From NCBI GenBank assembly GCA_964486455.1, contig CAZAMP010000018.1, forward strand, positions 14,971 through 78,970: a stretch of 64,000 nt of DNA. The letters are read 5' to 3'. The position numbers and the translations under genes were made by a program. This document shows, in pieces, positions 45,876-55,541 of this stretch; the stretch's first letter is position 1; each line of letters starts with the position of its first letter. Under the pieces are notes generated by a model, which saw nothing but the letters and a program-made list of their open reading frames with translations, did not search any database and was not told the origin of the DNA. Source of the stretch: an uncultured bacterium (lineage in GTDB: Bacteria > Eisenbacteria > RBG-16-71-46 > CAZAMP01).

Positions 45876-48665
45876 ATGTTTCGCGCCACTCCACGCCTGA
45901 TCGTCCCGCTGGCCACTACACTCATCGCGTGCATCGCACCGTTCGCGGTCGCCGACAGTCCTCCGACGTCCGATCTTCCAAAGGGAATCGAGTTCGTCAC
46001 GTCGGTGGAGGGCATCACGGAGTACCGTCTCGACAACGGTCTGCAGGTTCTTCTCTTTCCGGATCCTTCGAAGCAGACCACGACAGTTTGCATCACGTAT
46101 CTCGTCGGGTCGAAGCACGAAGGCTACGGCGAGACGGGGATGGCTCACCTCCTCGAGCACCTCGTGTTCAAGGGTTCGGAGAATCACCCGGACATTCCTC
46201 AGGAACTCACAGCGCATGGCTGCCGCCCGAACGGATCGACCTGGGTGGATCGCACGAACTACTTCGAAACGTTCGCCGCTACCGATGAAAACCTCGAGTG
46301 GGCCCTCGATCTCGAGTCGGACCGGATGATCAACTGCTTCATCTCGCGTAAGGATCTGGATTCCGAGATGACCGTCGTCAGAAACGAGTTCGAGATGGGT
46401 GAGAACAGCCCGATGCGCGTCCTCGAGGAGCGCGTCTACTCGACGGCCTACCTCTGGCACAACTACGGCAAGTCGACCATCGGTGCGCGGTCTGACATCG
46501 AGAACGTTCCGATCGATAGGCTGAAGGCGTTCTACACGAAGTGGTACCGGCCCGACAACGCCGTGCTCGTGGTATCCGGTCGGTTCGACGCCCAACGCAC
46601 GCTGGCACTCATTGACGAGAAATTCAGCCCGCTCACGCCCCCTGACATTCCGCTCCACCACACGTACACGATCGAACCGGCGCAGGACGGCGAACGCAGT
46701 GTCATGCTCCGGCGGGTGGGCGACACGCAGGCGGTCGCTCTCGCCTACCACATTCCTTCAGCTGTGCATCCCGACTACGCGCCCGTGCAGGCGCTGTCAT
46801 TCCTGCTGGGCGATACGCCGTCGGGCGCCCTCCATGAAGCGCTCGTCGAGACGAACCTGGCCGCTACAGTTCGCGCGCGCGCGGACCGTTTCGCGGACCC
46901 CGGCCTTCTCTACATGACGGCCGAGGTCCGGGCGGATCGATCCCTCGATGCGGCGCGAGAAGAAATGATCGCGGTCGTCGAGGGATTCGCGGAGACGCCC
47001 CCAACCGAGGAGGAGGTGGACCGCGCGAAAACCAACCTACTCCGCAACTGGGAAATGCGGCTCAGAAATTCCCAGTGGGCGGCAATCGGTCTCAGCGAGT
47101 GGTGCGCGCAGGGCGACTGGCGCCTCTTCTTCCTCCATCGTGACAACCTGCAGCAGGTCACCGCCGAAGACGTTCACCGCGTGGCCGGCGAATATCTCGT
47201 CACGACCAACCGAACGGTTGGGCTCTACGTCCCCACCGACGAACCGGCGCGCGCCGATGTGCCCGAGACCCCGGTCGTGGCCGAGTTGCTCGAGGGCTAC
47301 GCCGGCAGCGAGGCGATGGCGACGGGTGAGGAATTCGACGCGACCCCGGAGAACATCGAGTCGCGCGTCGTGCGGGAAAGCCTGCCCGGCGGCCTCAATC
47401 TGGTGCTCCTCCCGAAGAAGACACGCGGAGAGAAGGTGAACCTCTCTCTTTCGCTTCACTTCGGTGACGAGAAGAGCCTCCGAAACAAGGCGCGGATCGG
47501 CGAGATCACCGCGCGCATGCTGAACCGCGGCACGAAGAACCGCTCCCGCCAAGAGATCGAGGACGAGATCGATCGTCTCAAGGGGCGCGTCTCTGTCTGG
47601 GGCATGGCCGCCGGCGTGACCGGGTCGATCGAGACGACGCGGGAGAACTTCCCGGATGCGCTAGCGCTGCTGGCCGAGATTCTCCAAGAGCCGACGTTTC
47701 CGGAGTCAGAGCTCGAGCAGCTGCGCGAGGAAACGCTTCTTCAGCTCGAAGAGTGGACGACCAATCCCCGCGTGCTCGCCCAGATCACTTACGCGCGACA
47801 CATGAACCCCTGGCCGAAAGAGGACGTGCGTTACACCGCCACGTTGGATGAGGAGATCGAAGAGATCAAGCTGCTGACGCGCGAAGATCTCGCCGAGTTC
47901 CATGCCGACTTCTACGGCGCGAGCTATGGCGAGCTTGGGATCGTCGGCGACATCGATCCGGAAGAGGCCACGGCACTCGCCTCGCAGCTCTTCGACGACT
48001 GGAAGAACGCCACGCCGTACGAGCGGCTCACCGAAGAGTTCAGCGACCGGCCTGCGGTCATCGAATCGATCGAGGTGCCGGACAAAGAGAGCGCCGTGTT
48101 TCGGGCCGGGACACGCGTCAACATGCGCGACGACAACCCGGACTATCCGGCCATGGTTCTCGGCAACTTCATGACCGGCGGCGGCTTCTTGAACTCTCGT
48201 CTGGCTACGCGGATCCGCCGGACCGACGGGCTCAGCTACGGCGTCGGATCGTTCTTCTACGCCGACGCGTGGGACGAGGTCGGAGCCTTTGGGGCGTTCG
48301 CGATCTATGCGCCGCAGAACGACGCGAAACTGATCACGGCATTCGAGGAGGAAATCCAGCGCGTTCTCGACAGCGGCTTCGCGGACGAGGAGATCGCCGA
48401 GGCAAAGTCCGGTTGGCTGCAGTCACGCGAGGTCTCGCGCAGTCAGGAGCGGGAGTTGGTCGGCGCGCTGGCGCGTCGCCAGGAGCAGGGACGCACGCTC
48501 GCGTGGGACGCGCTTCTCGAGACCAAAATCGCGGAGCTTACGAACACGCAGATCCTCGAAGCGTTTCGAAAGTACATCGATCTGAAGAAGATCTCGATTG
48601 TGCGCGCGGGAAACTTCGCGGGGGCGGCGGAAAAGGCCGCCGCCGTCGCCGAGCGGGCGGACTGA
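45876..48665 (+). CDS. M16 family (pitrilysin/insulinase-like) zinc peptidase, two tandem M16 units, secreted
   Basis: Start trimmed to MFRATPRL (GGAAGGAG upstream) with a signal peptide. Inverted zinc motif HLLEHLVFKG (HxxEH). Confidence 0.8.
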   Translation: MFRATPRLIVPLATTLIACIAPFAVADSPPTSDLPKGIEFVTSVEGITEYRLDNGLQVLLFPDPSKQTTTVCITYLVGSKHEGYGETGMAHLLEHLVFKGSENHPDIPQELTAHGCRPNGSTWVDRTNYFETFAATDENLEWALDLESDRMINCFISRKDLDSEMTVVRNEFEMGENSPMRVLEERVYSTAYLWHNYGKSTIGARSDIENVPIDRLKAFYTKWYRPDNAVLVVSGRFDAQRTLALIDEKFSPLTPPDIPLHHTYTIEPAQDGERSVMLRRVGDTQAVALAYHIPSAVHPDYAPVQALSFLLGDTPSGALHEALVETNLAATVRARADRFADPGLLYMTAEVRADRSLDAAREEMIAVVEGFAETPPTEEEVDRAKTNLLRNWEMRLRNSQWAAIGLSEWCAQGDWRLFFLHRDNLQQVTAEDVHRVAGEYLVTTNRTVGLYVPTDEPARADVPETPVVAELLEGYAGSEAMATGEEFDATPENIESRVVRESLPGGLNLVLLPKKTRGEKVNLSLSLHFGDEKSLRNKARIGEITARMLNRGTKNRSRQEIEDEIDRLKGRVSVWGMAAGVTGSIETTRENFPDALALLAEILQEPTFPESELEQLREETLLQLEEWTTNPRVLAQITYARHMNPWPKEDVRYTATLDEEIEEIKLLTREDLAEFHADFYGASYGELGIVGDIDPEEATALASQLFDDWKNATPYERLTEEFSDRPAVIESIEVPDKESAVFRAGTRVNMRDDNPDYPAMVLGNFMTGGGFLNSRLATRIRRTDGLSYGVGSFFYADAWDEVGAFGAFAIYAPQNDAKLITAFEEEIQRVLDSGFADEEIAEAKSGWLQSREVSRSQERELVGALARRQEQGRTLAWDALLETKIAELTNTQILEAFRKYIDLKKISIVRAGNFAGAAEKAAAVAERAD

Positions 48666-48917
48666 TAGCAGGCGTTCATCACAAATCCGCGCTTCGTAGC
48701 GGCGGCGTTGTCAACATGTAGGGCCACGCCGCCGCTCAGGCGCCCGTGACATACGACCTACCGAAACAACGTGCGAGGGTCGCGCGAGAAGAAGTCCCCG
48801 AGCGACAATTTGCTCAGTGATTGAGTAAGATTACTCAGCCATTGAGCAAGACATATAATCCACTGAAATCACATCGGATAGGGGAAACAAATCATCAGGA
48901 AGAACGCACTCTCGCCC

Positions 48918-50750
48918 CTAGAAAACCCCATGGAGCGGTCCACCGGAAGCGGCCAACTCGTCCACGCGGCGGGTCACCTTCGGGTCCTCGACGAGCGGTC
49001 GGGCGTGGTGCGGCTTGATCCGCGCATCGATGATGAGCGGCCCGCGGCATCCCCAGTGCTTGTGCTCGGTGAAGGCACCGACCCCGTGGACGTCGTGCGA
49101 TGGATTCGAGCGTGTGAATGTGACCCACAGGAAGTTGGAGAGCGACTCGGCGGCAAACGTGATGTCGTCCACGAGGACGATTAGCGCGATTCCATCAGAC
49201 ACGTCCGTCGCTTCGAGCAAGCGCGCGAACGACTCGGCCTGAGCGTAACCTGTGTCCTTGTCGACGAACGCACGTGCGCCGACGACTAGCACCCCCGGCA
49301 GGATCAGCTTTGCATCACCGAGCCCATCCGGTACAGAGAAGCTACTCGACAGCTCCGTCGCTAGCGCACGCCTTGCCGCGCCCGCCGCGGCGATCACGAG
49401 CTTCGAACCCTCATTGAGCCCCGTCCCCGTGTAATCGAGCGTGTCGATCGTCGTTCGTGTCTGGAAGTGAAGATCGCGCGTCCAGTCGACCCGCTCAAGC
49501 ATGTGACGGAAGAAGCCCTCCACGTCGTTGACATTCAGATCGGGATCGTCCTCCCCCGCCACGATAAAGAGATATTTCGAGAGCGACGCCTGCCCGTAGC
49601 CCAGCACCGCGTTCGCGATCGTAAGGATCTCCTTCGGTGTGCGCTCCTCGAACGGCACGTAGCGCTCGCTCCCGATCGCGAGCATGAGCGGATGCACACC
49701 CGCCGCGTCAACCGCGTGCATGGCGTGAAGCCCCGGAATCTCCTTCGGCACCAGCGGCTCGGTGAGCTCGTGAACCAGCTCGCCGAATGTCGTGTCTTCC
49801 TGCGGCGGGCGTCCCACCACCGTGAACGGCCAGATTGCGTCACGTCGATGGTAGACGGCATGCACTTTGAGATAGGGGAAGTCATGCGTGTCGCTGTAGT
49901 AGCCCAGGTGATCACCGAACGGCCCCTCCGGCAACGCCTCGTCGAGTGACATTGTGCCGGTGATGCAGAAGTCCGCGTCGGCCGCGATCACGTGCCCGTC
50001 TCGAGTCGTGTGGCGGAAGCGACGGCCGCCGAGCATCCCCGCGAAGAAGAGCTCGGACATCCCTTCTGGAAGCGGCATCACGGCGGCGAACGCGTTTGCC
50101 GGCGGTCCGCCCACGAAGATGCTCACCTTGAGCGGCTCGCCACGACGGACCGCTGCGGCGTGATGCACCCCAATCCCGCGGTGGATCTGATAGTGCAGCC
50201 CGATCTGTCGATTCAGCTCGTACTCGTTTCCGCTGAGCTGGCTCCGATACATCCCCAGGTTCGATTGCCTGACGCCCGGACGATCGGGATCTTCCGTGTA
50301 GACCTGCCCCATCGTGACGAACGGGCCGCCGTCTTCGGGCCAGCCGACGATGGCCGGGAGCTGATCGATCGTGGTCTCGGATTCGAGCACGGGGCCGCCG
50401 CCGACTCGGCGCGGCAACGTCTTGAATGCGGTGAACGGCGACGAGGCATAGGTCATCGGCGAACGCCAGAAGTCGGACGGATTCGCTTTGAGCCGCATGA
50501 TCGTCTTCACGCGCTCATACGTGTCGCGAAAGATGAAGCGCGCTCGCTCGGGGGTCCCGAAGAGATTCCCCAGCGCCGGGAACGGGCTCCCCTTCACCCG
50601 TTCGAAGAGTACCGCGGGGCCACCGGCCGCGTAGACGCGCCGTTGAATCTCGGCGATCTCGAGATGCGGATCGATCTCCTCGCCGACGCGGCGCAACATG
50701 CCGTGACGCTCGAGATCATCGACGCACTCGCGAAGGTTTCGGTAGCCCAC
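48918..50750 (-). CDS. UbiD-family decarboxylase
   Basis: 610 aa. N-terminal LRECVDDLERHGMLRRV and overall collinearity with UbiD / prenylated-FMN-dependent decarboxylases. Confidence 0.8.
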   Translation of the reverse strand: MGYRNLRECVDDLERHGMLRRVGEEIDPHLEIAEIQRRVYAAGGPAVLFERVKGSPFPALGNLFGTPERARFIFRDTYERVKTIMRLKANPSDFWRSPMTYASSPFTAFKTLPRRVGGGPVLESETTIDQLPAIVGWPEDGGPFVTMGQVYTEDPDRPGVRQSNLGMYRSQLSGNEYELNRQIGLHYQIHRGIGVHHAAAVRRGEPLKVSIFVGGPPANAFAAVMPLPEGMSELFFAGMLGGRRFRHTTRDGHVIAADADFCITGTMSLDEALPEGPFGDHLGYYSDTHDFPYLKVHAVYHRRDAIWPFTVVGRPPQEDTTFGELVHELTEPLVPKEIPGLHAMHAVDAAGVHPLMLAIGSERYVPFEERTPKEILTIANAVLGYGQASLSKYLFIVAGEDDPDLNVNDVEGFFRHMLERVDWTRDLHFQTRTTIDTLDYTGTGLNEGSKLVIAAAGAARRALATELSSSFSVPDGLGDAKLILPGVLVVGARAFVDKDTGYAQAESFARLLEATDVSDGIALIVLVDDITFAAESLSNFLWVTFTRSNPSHDVHGVGAFTEHKHWGCRGPLIIDARIKPHHARPLVEDPKVTRRVDELAASGGPLHGVF

Positions 50751-50940
50751 TGCGCATCACCTCTCTCACGAGGATGGCCGCTCAACCGATCTGCTCTCAG
50801 CCGGACCGGCGGGTCGACAATATCGGGACCCCGCGATCGGCGTTGGATATTAGACCACAATGCCCATACACTCACACACTTGTGGCCAAGATGTCGCGTT
50901 TCGATCTCGCGATTGGGTTCATAGCCATCGGAGGCAGATC

Positions 50941-51870
50941 GTGATCGAAGTCGAGAGCCTGCGAAAGCAGTACGGCGATCTCACCGCCGTCGATGATGTG
51001 AGCTTCGTCGCCGAGCCGGGGGCCATCTTCGGGCTGCTGGGACCGAACGGCGCGGGCAAGTCGACGACGATCGGCTGTATCTCCGGACTCCTCAAACCGA
51101 GCGCCGGCCGCATCCGGGTGAAGGGCCACGACGTGGTGACCGACGGCACCGCCTCCCGGAAGACGCTCGGCATCGTCCCGCAGGAACTCGCCCTCTACGA
51201 GGACCTTTCCGCCCGCGAGAACCTACACTACTGGGCCTCCGCCTACGGGCTCGGGGGTACAGAGCTCAAGCGCCGCCTGGACGAGGTCCTGGAGCTTGTC
51301 GGGCTCTCGGATCGCGCCAAGGAAGCGGTGAAGAAGTTCAGCGGCGGCATGAAACGCCGGCTCAACTTCGCCTGCGGCATCGTCCACCGGCCCAAGGTGC
51401 TGCTCCTGGACGAGCCGACGGTCGGCGTCGATCCGCAGAGCCGGGTGCGGCTGTTGGACCTCGTTCGCAGCGAAACAGCGAACGGCACCTGCGTCCTCTA
51501 CACGACGCACTACATGGAAGAGGCCGAACATCTCTGCGACAAGCTCGCGATCATCGATCACGGCAAGATTATCGCGGCCGGCAGTCTCGCCGAGCTGCGC
51601 TCCATGCTCGGCGAGCGCGATCTCGTCCGGCTCTTCGGTCGCTTCGACCCGACCACGGTCCCCGAAGCGCTCGGCGGCGTCGACGACGTCGAGCTCGTTC
51701 AGGTGGAAGAGACCCTTCTGACGTTGGCGACGCCTCAGGCCTCGAAGAAGCTCTCCGACATCTTCAACGCGCTCGCGGCAATCGGCGCGGAGGTGCGCGA
51801 AAGCACGCTCACACAGCCCAGCCTCGAGACACTCTTCATCAAGCTCACCGGGCGGGAGCTCAGGGAGTAG
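50941..51870 (+). CDS. ABC transporter ATP-binding protein (ABC-2 type)
   Basis: GTG start after a GGAGG. Walker [10 protein letters not shown], signature FSGGMKRRL and Walker B LLLDEPT. Confidence 0.85.
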   Translation: MIEVESLRKQYGDLTAVDDVSFVAEPGAIFGLLGPNGAGKSTTIGCISGLLKPSAGRIRVKGHDVVTDGTASRKTLGIVPQELALYEDLSARENLHYWASAYGLGGTELKRRLDEVLELVGLSDRAKEAVKKFSGGMKRRLNFACGIVHRPKVLLLDEPTVGVDPQSRVRLLDLVRSETANGTCVLYTTHYMEEAEHLCDKLAIIDHGKIIAAGSLAELRSMLGERDLVRLFGRFDPTTVPEALGGVDDVELVQVEETLLTLATPQASKKLSDIFNALAAIGAEVRESTLTQPSLETLFIKLTGRELRE

Positions 51871-51872
51871 CG

Positions 51873-53117
51873 ATGCGCTTCGTCTGGAGCAGTGCCCTCA
51901 AGGACATCCGCCGCCATCAGCGCGATCCCATGGGCTTCATCTATTGGATGGGGATCCCGCTCATCATCGGCGGGCTCATCATGCTTGCCTTCGGGGGAGG
52001 CGGCGGCGTCAAGCCGCAGGCGCACGTTCTGGTGGCCGATGAGGACGACAGCTTCGTGAGCGGCCTGCTGATCGGCGCGATGAGCCAAGAAGCCGCGGGC
52101 GGCCTGATCCGCATGGAAGAAGTTGAGCTGGGCGCGGGCCACGCGCGCATGGACAAAGGAGAGGCGACCGCGTTGCTCGTGATCCCCGACGGTTTCGGAC
52201 GGGCGGTCCTCCTGGAGGAGCCGATCTCCCTCGGCCTCGTCACCAACCCCTCGGAGCGTATTCTCCCGGCGATCGTGGAAGAGAGCCTGGGGATTCTCGT
52301 CGACGGCCATTTCTACGTTCATCGCTTGATCGGTGACGACCTTCGCGCGTTCGCCGGCGGCCCTCCCGCCGGTGGAAACACGTTCCCCGACGAACGGATC
52401 GCGGCGTTCAGCGTGAGGATCAACCAGACCATGGATCGCATCTCGGCGATGCTGTTCCCACTGGTTGTCCGGCTCGAAACAACTATCGAATCGAAAGACG
52501 ATGAGCAGGAAGGCCCGACGTTCGGCACCCTCCTCATGCCGGGGATCCTCTTCATGGCGCTCCTCTTCATGGCGAACGGACTCGCCGCGGACCTCTGGCA
52601 GGAGCGGGACCAACACACGCTCCGGCGGATCGTCGTGTCGCCGCAGAGCACGGCCGCTTTCCTTGGCGGCAAGCTACTCTCCGGAACGGTGATGATGCTG
52701 TTCGTGAGCCTCGTCGCGCTCGGCCTGGGCTATCTCGTGTTCGACCTCGCGTGGAAGACGTTGCCGCTGGCCGCGCTCTGGTCCGCCTTCGCGGGCGTGT
52801 TGTTGACGGTAATCATGACGTTTCTCAACATGCTGGCCTCCAGCCAGCGCGCCGCCAACGTGCTCACGACGGTGTTGATCTTTCCGCTCATGATGATCGG
52901 CGGGAGCTTCTTCCCGTTCGAAGCGATGCCCGACTGGATGGCGGCGGTCGGCCGCCTGACACCGAACGGCTGGGCGCTGGAGCATCTCAAGCGAATCATC
53001 TGGCAGATGGCAGATGCGGCGTCCCTCGGCGTCGCCTTCGTCGGTCTCTTGGTGGTGGCGGTCGTTCTCTTCGTGGCCTGCGCCGTGCGGCTGCGTATGA
53101 GCTTCGCGCGGGGTTGA
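51873..53117 (+). CDS. ABC-2 family transporter permease
   Basis: 6 TM helices, with a large loop after TM1. Confidence 0.7.
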   Translation: MRFVWSSALKDIRRHQRDPMGFIYWMGIPLIIGGLIMLAFGGGGGVKPQAHVLVADEDDSFVSGLLIGAMSQEAAGGLIRMEEVELGAGHARMDKGEATALLVIPDGFGRAVLLEEPISLGLVTNPSERILPAIVEESLGILVDGHFYVHRLIGDDLRAFAGGPPAGGNTFPDERIAAFSVRINQTMDRISAMLFPLVVRLETTIESKDDEQEGPTFGTLLMPGILFMALLFMANGLAADLWQERDQHTLRRIVVSPQSTAAFLGGKLLSGTVMMLFVSLVALGLGYLVFDLAWKTLPLAALWSAFAGVLLTVIMTFLNMLASSQRAANVLTTVLIFPLMMIGGSFFPFEAMPDWMAAVGRLTPNGWALEHLKRIIWQMADAASLGVAFVGLLVVAVVLFVACAVRLRMSFARG

Positions 53118-53120
53118 CGG

Positions 53121-54260
53121 ATGAAAAGCGCGCTCTTCATCGCACGAAAAGAAGTCCAGTACATGCTCAAGGCCAAAGAGACGCTTCTCTGGGTCTTCAT
53201 CATGCCGCCCATATTCTTCTTCTTCATCGGAACGATCACGAGCGGCTTCGGACCGAGAGCGGAGCGACAGGACCGACTTGCCGTGAGGCAGGGTGCCGAC
53301 GCCGGCTTCCTCGTCGACCAGCTCATCCATCGGCTCGAAGAGCGTGACTATGAGATCGTCGAGCCCGAGACGGATGAGATATTCACGACGTACAACCGTC
53401 GCCTCTCGATCCCCGCTGCGTTCACGGATTCCGTGCTTGCCGGTACGCCGACCACGGTGGCGCTGGCGTACAAGGAGGGTGGGCTCACCAACGACTATGA
53501 CAAGGTGCGGGTGATGCGAGCGGTCTATACGGTGCTCGCCGACATGATCGTGAGCGGCGAGATGGACCACGCACCAACACCCGAAGGGTTCGCGCGGCTC
53601 AACGAGATGCCACGCACCTTATCGATCGACGTGTCGGCGGCCGGCGAGCGAACGCGCCCGCCCACGGGATACGAACAGGCCATTCCGGGCATCATGGTGA
53701 TGTTCACGTTGCTCATCATGGTGACCAGCGGCGCCATCATGCTCGTGATCGAGCGACGTCAGGGTCTTCTGCGACGTCTCGCGTCGACTCCGATCAGTCG
53801 ATTCAACGTCGTCGTCGGAAAGTGGGGCGGCAAGCTCGCGCTCGCCATCGTTCAGATCGCATTCGCCATGGTGATCGCGCTCCTGCCGCCGTTCAACATG
53901 GTCTGGGGAGCGGACTGGGGCATGATCCTCGTCGTGATGTTGGCCTACGCGATGATGATGGCGGCGATCGGACTGCTTCTCGGCACGTTCGCGCGAACCG
54001 ACGGCCAGGCGGCCGCGATCGGCGTGATCGCGTCGAACGTGCTGGCCGCGCTGGGCGGCTGCTGGTGGCCGGTGGAGATCCTTCCCCCGTGGATGCAGAC
54101 ACTGCAGCTCTTCACGCCGACCGGATGGGCGATGGACGCGCTCCACAAGCTGATCAGCTTCGGAGCGGGCCCGCTCAGCGCAATCCCGCACGTCGTCGGG
54201 ATGTCCATCGGCGCGGTCATTCTACTCGCCGTGTCGGCGAAGACATTCCGGTTCGAGTGA
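53121..54260 (+). CDS. ABC-2 family transporter permease (second subunit)
   Basis: Same architecture as 51873..53117. Separated from the upstream permease by 3 nt. Confidence 0.7.
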   Translation: MKSALFIARKEVQYMLKAKETLLWVFIMPPIFFFFIGTITSGFGPRAERQDRLAVRQGADAGFLVDQLIHRLEERDYEIVEPETDEIFTTYNRRLSIPAAFTDSVLAGTPTTVALAYKEGGLTNDYDKVRVMRAVYTVLADMIVSGEMDHAPTPEGFARLNEMPRTLSIDVSAAGERTRPPTGYEQAIPGIMVMFTLLIMVTSGAIMLVIERRQGLLRRLASTPISRFNVVVGKWGGKLALAIVQIAFAMVIALLPPFNMVWGADWGMILVVMLAYAMMMAAIGLLLGTFARTDGQAAAIGVIASNVLAALGGCWWPVEILPPWMQTLQLFTPTGWAMDALHKLISFGAGPLSAIPHVVGMSIGAVILLAVSAKTFRFE

Positions 54261-54310
54261 CGGGATGGCGGTGGCCATGACCACCGCGGCCCATCACGCA
54301 GTGAGTTCGA

Positions 54311-54577
54311 TCACTCGCCCGGGCCGTCCCCCGTCACCTCTCCCTGCCCCTGCATCTCACGCTCGGCGATGAGGTCCTCGAGGCGTTCCTTCTCCATCAC
54401 GAGATCCTCGAGCGCCATGGCCTCGTAGTCGCTGTCCGATTCGCCGGAGATCTCTATTCCTTGCTTGCGCAGCCATCCATCGATCTGACGCTGGTTGCGC
54501 TTGTAGGCATAGAAACCGACTGCCGCGGCTCCGAGTCCGATGACGAAGCCGGTCACGTGGTTGTTGTTTACCGCCAT
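54311..54577 (-). CDS. Small hypothetical membrane protein
   Basis: 88-aa ORF with one TM helix and an acidic tail. Weak support. Confidence 0.3.
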   Translation of the reverse strand: MAVNNNHVTGFVIGLGAAAVGFYAYKRNQRQIDGWLRKQGIEISGESDSDYEAMALEDLVMEKERLEDLIAEREMQGQGEVTGDGPGE

Positions 54578-54632
54578 TTTCGTCGCATCCTCCCGTACCG
54601 AGCTCTCTCCGGTCGCCGGCGAGAGCTCCGGT

Positions 54633-55541
54633 CTATGTGTCCGTATTCAATCGTCCATCAACCATCGAGCCGAAACGCAGGCGGATGCCGTCCGGCAGCC
54701 CCCCTGTTCCTTCGAGCCCGTCGCCGTGCTCGCACGCGACCTCGTTGAGTTCGGCGAGTAGCTGCCGCCGCCCGTAGGCGCCGCCCGTCTTCCCGCGACT
54801 GACAAAGCTCCCCATGAGCTGTCGGATGCGGCGCCTCTGGGAGAGCGCCGGATCGGGTGTGAGATGTATGTCGTAGCTCACGAGTCCGCCCTCTCCTTCC
54901 CGAACGACGGGCTGGACGAGAACGCCGTCGTGGGGCGCTTCGAACAGATGCCTTCCAAACGTGGCCGCCCACGTCAGAACCGACGCCTTGAAGAGATTCC
55001 CCCGAGGGAACGCCGTCACGAGATATCCGAGCGAAAGAACCTCGGGATCGTAGTAGCCGCGCTCCGACACCTCCCGCCACGCATGATCGAGCACCGCGTA
55101 GGCGGTACCGGCGCCGGCGAGCCAGTCCGCGGGACTCCTTCGCATCGGGCGTCGCGTCGCCCACCGCAAAAGCCCGGCCGACAGCAACAGCACGCCCGAG
55201 AGAACCGCGCTGCTCGTGAAGTCCTCCTTGTCCGGCTCCGCCAAGAGCCGTACCGGCAGGGCGTCGTTGTCCAACGAAAGCGCGATCGCCACGCGTAGCG
55301 CGATCTCCTCGGTCGTGAACTGCGCGGTACGATGCCGAACCAGAAGCGAGCGGGTCGCGGGCGAGAAACGCAAGTGCTCGATCCCGGCATGTCCGCTCAG
55401 TGCCGCGATCATCCGCTCCACGTCCGCGGGCATGTGGGAGAGTCGCATGCGAACGCGCCCGGGCAAGCGGTGGATGATGGTCACCGCGGGTCGAACCGTC
55501 TGCTCCTGCCCCGCCGTTCGGACGACGTCGTTCCGGTTCAC
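54633..55541 (-). CDS. Cysteine-less HMA-like (ferredoxin-fold) domain protein, 4th gene of the P-type ATPase operon
   Basis: N-terminal HRLPGRVRMRL...IEHLRFSPATRSLLVRH module. Start overlaps the ATPase stop (ATGA). Confidence 0.5.
   Translation of the reverse strand: MNRNDVVRTAGQEQTVRPAVTIIHRLPGRVRMRLSHMPADVERMIAALSGHAGIEHLRFSPATRSLLVRHRTAQFTTEEIALRVAIALSLDNDALPVRLLAEPDKEDFTSSAVLSGVLLLSAGLLRWATRRPMRRSPADWLAGAGTAYAVLDHAWREVSERGYYDPEVLSLGYLVTAFPRGNLFKASVLTWAATFGRHLFEAPHDGVLVQPVVREGEGGLVSYDIHLTPDPALSQRRRIRQLMGSFVSRGKTGGAYGRRQLLAELNEVACEHGDGLEGTGGLPDGIRLRFGSMVDGRLNTDT

Noticed and set aside
48780-48870. Palindrome TGAGTAAGATTACTCA and direct repeats ATTGAGTAAG/ATTGAGCAAG between the convergent M16 and UbiD genes; considered as a possible mobile-element end or CRISPR-like repeat
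   Set aside because: Only two imperfect copies, no spacer periodicity and no adjacent transposase or cas gene. Most simply a bidirectional terminator-like structure.
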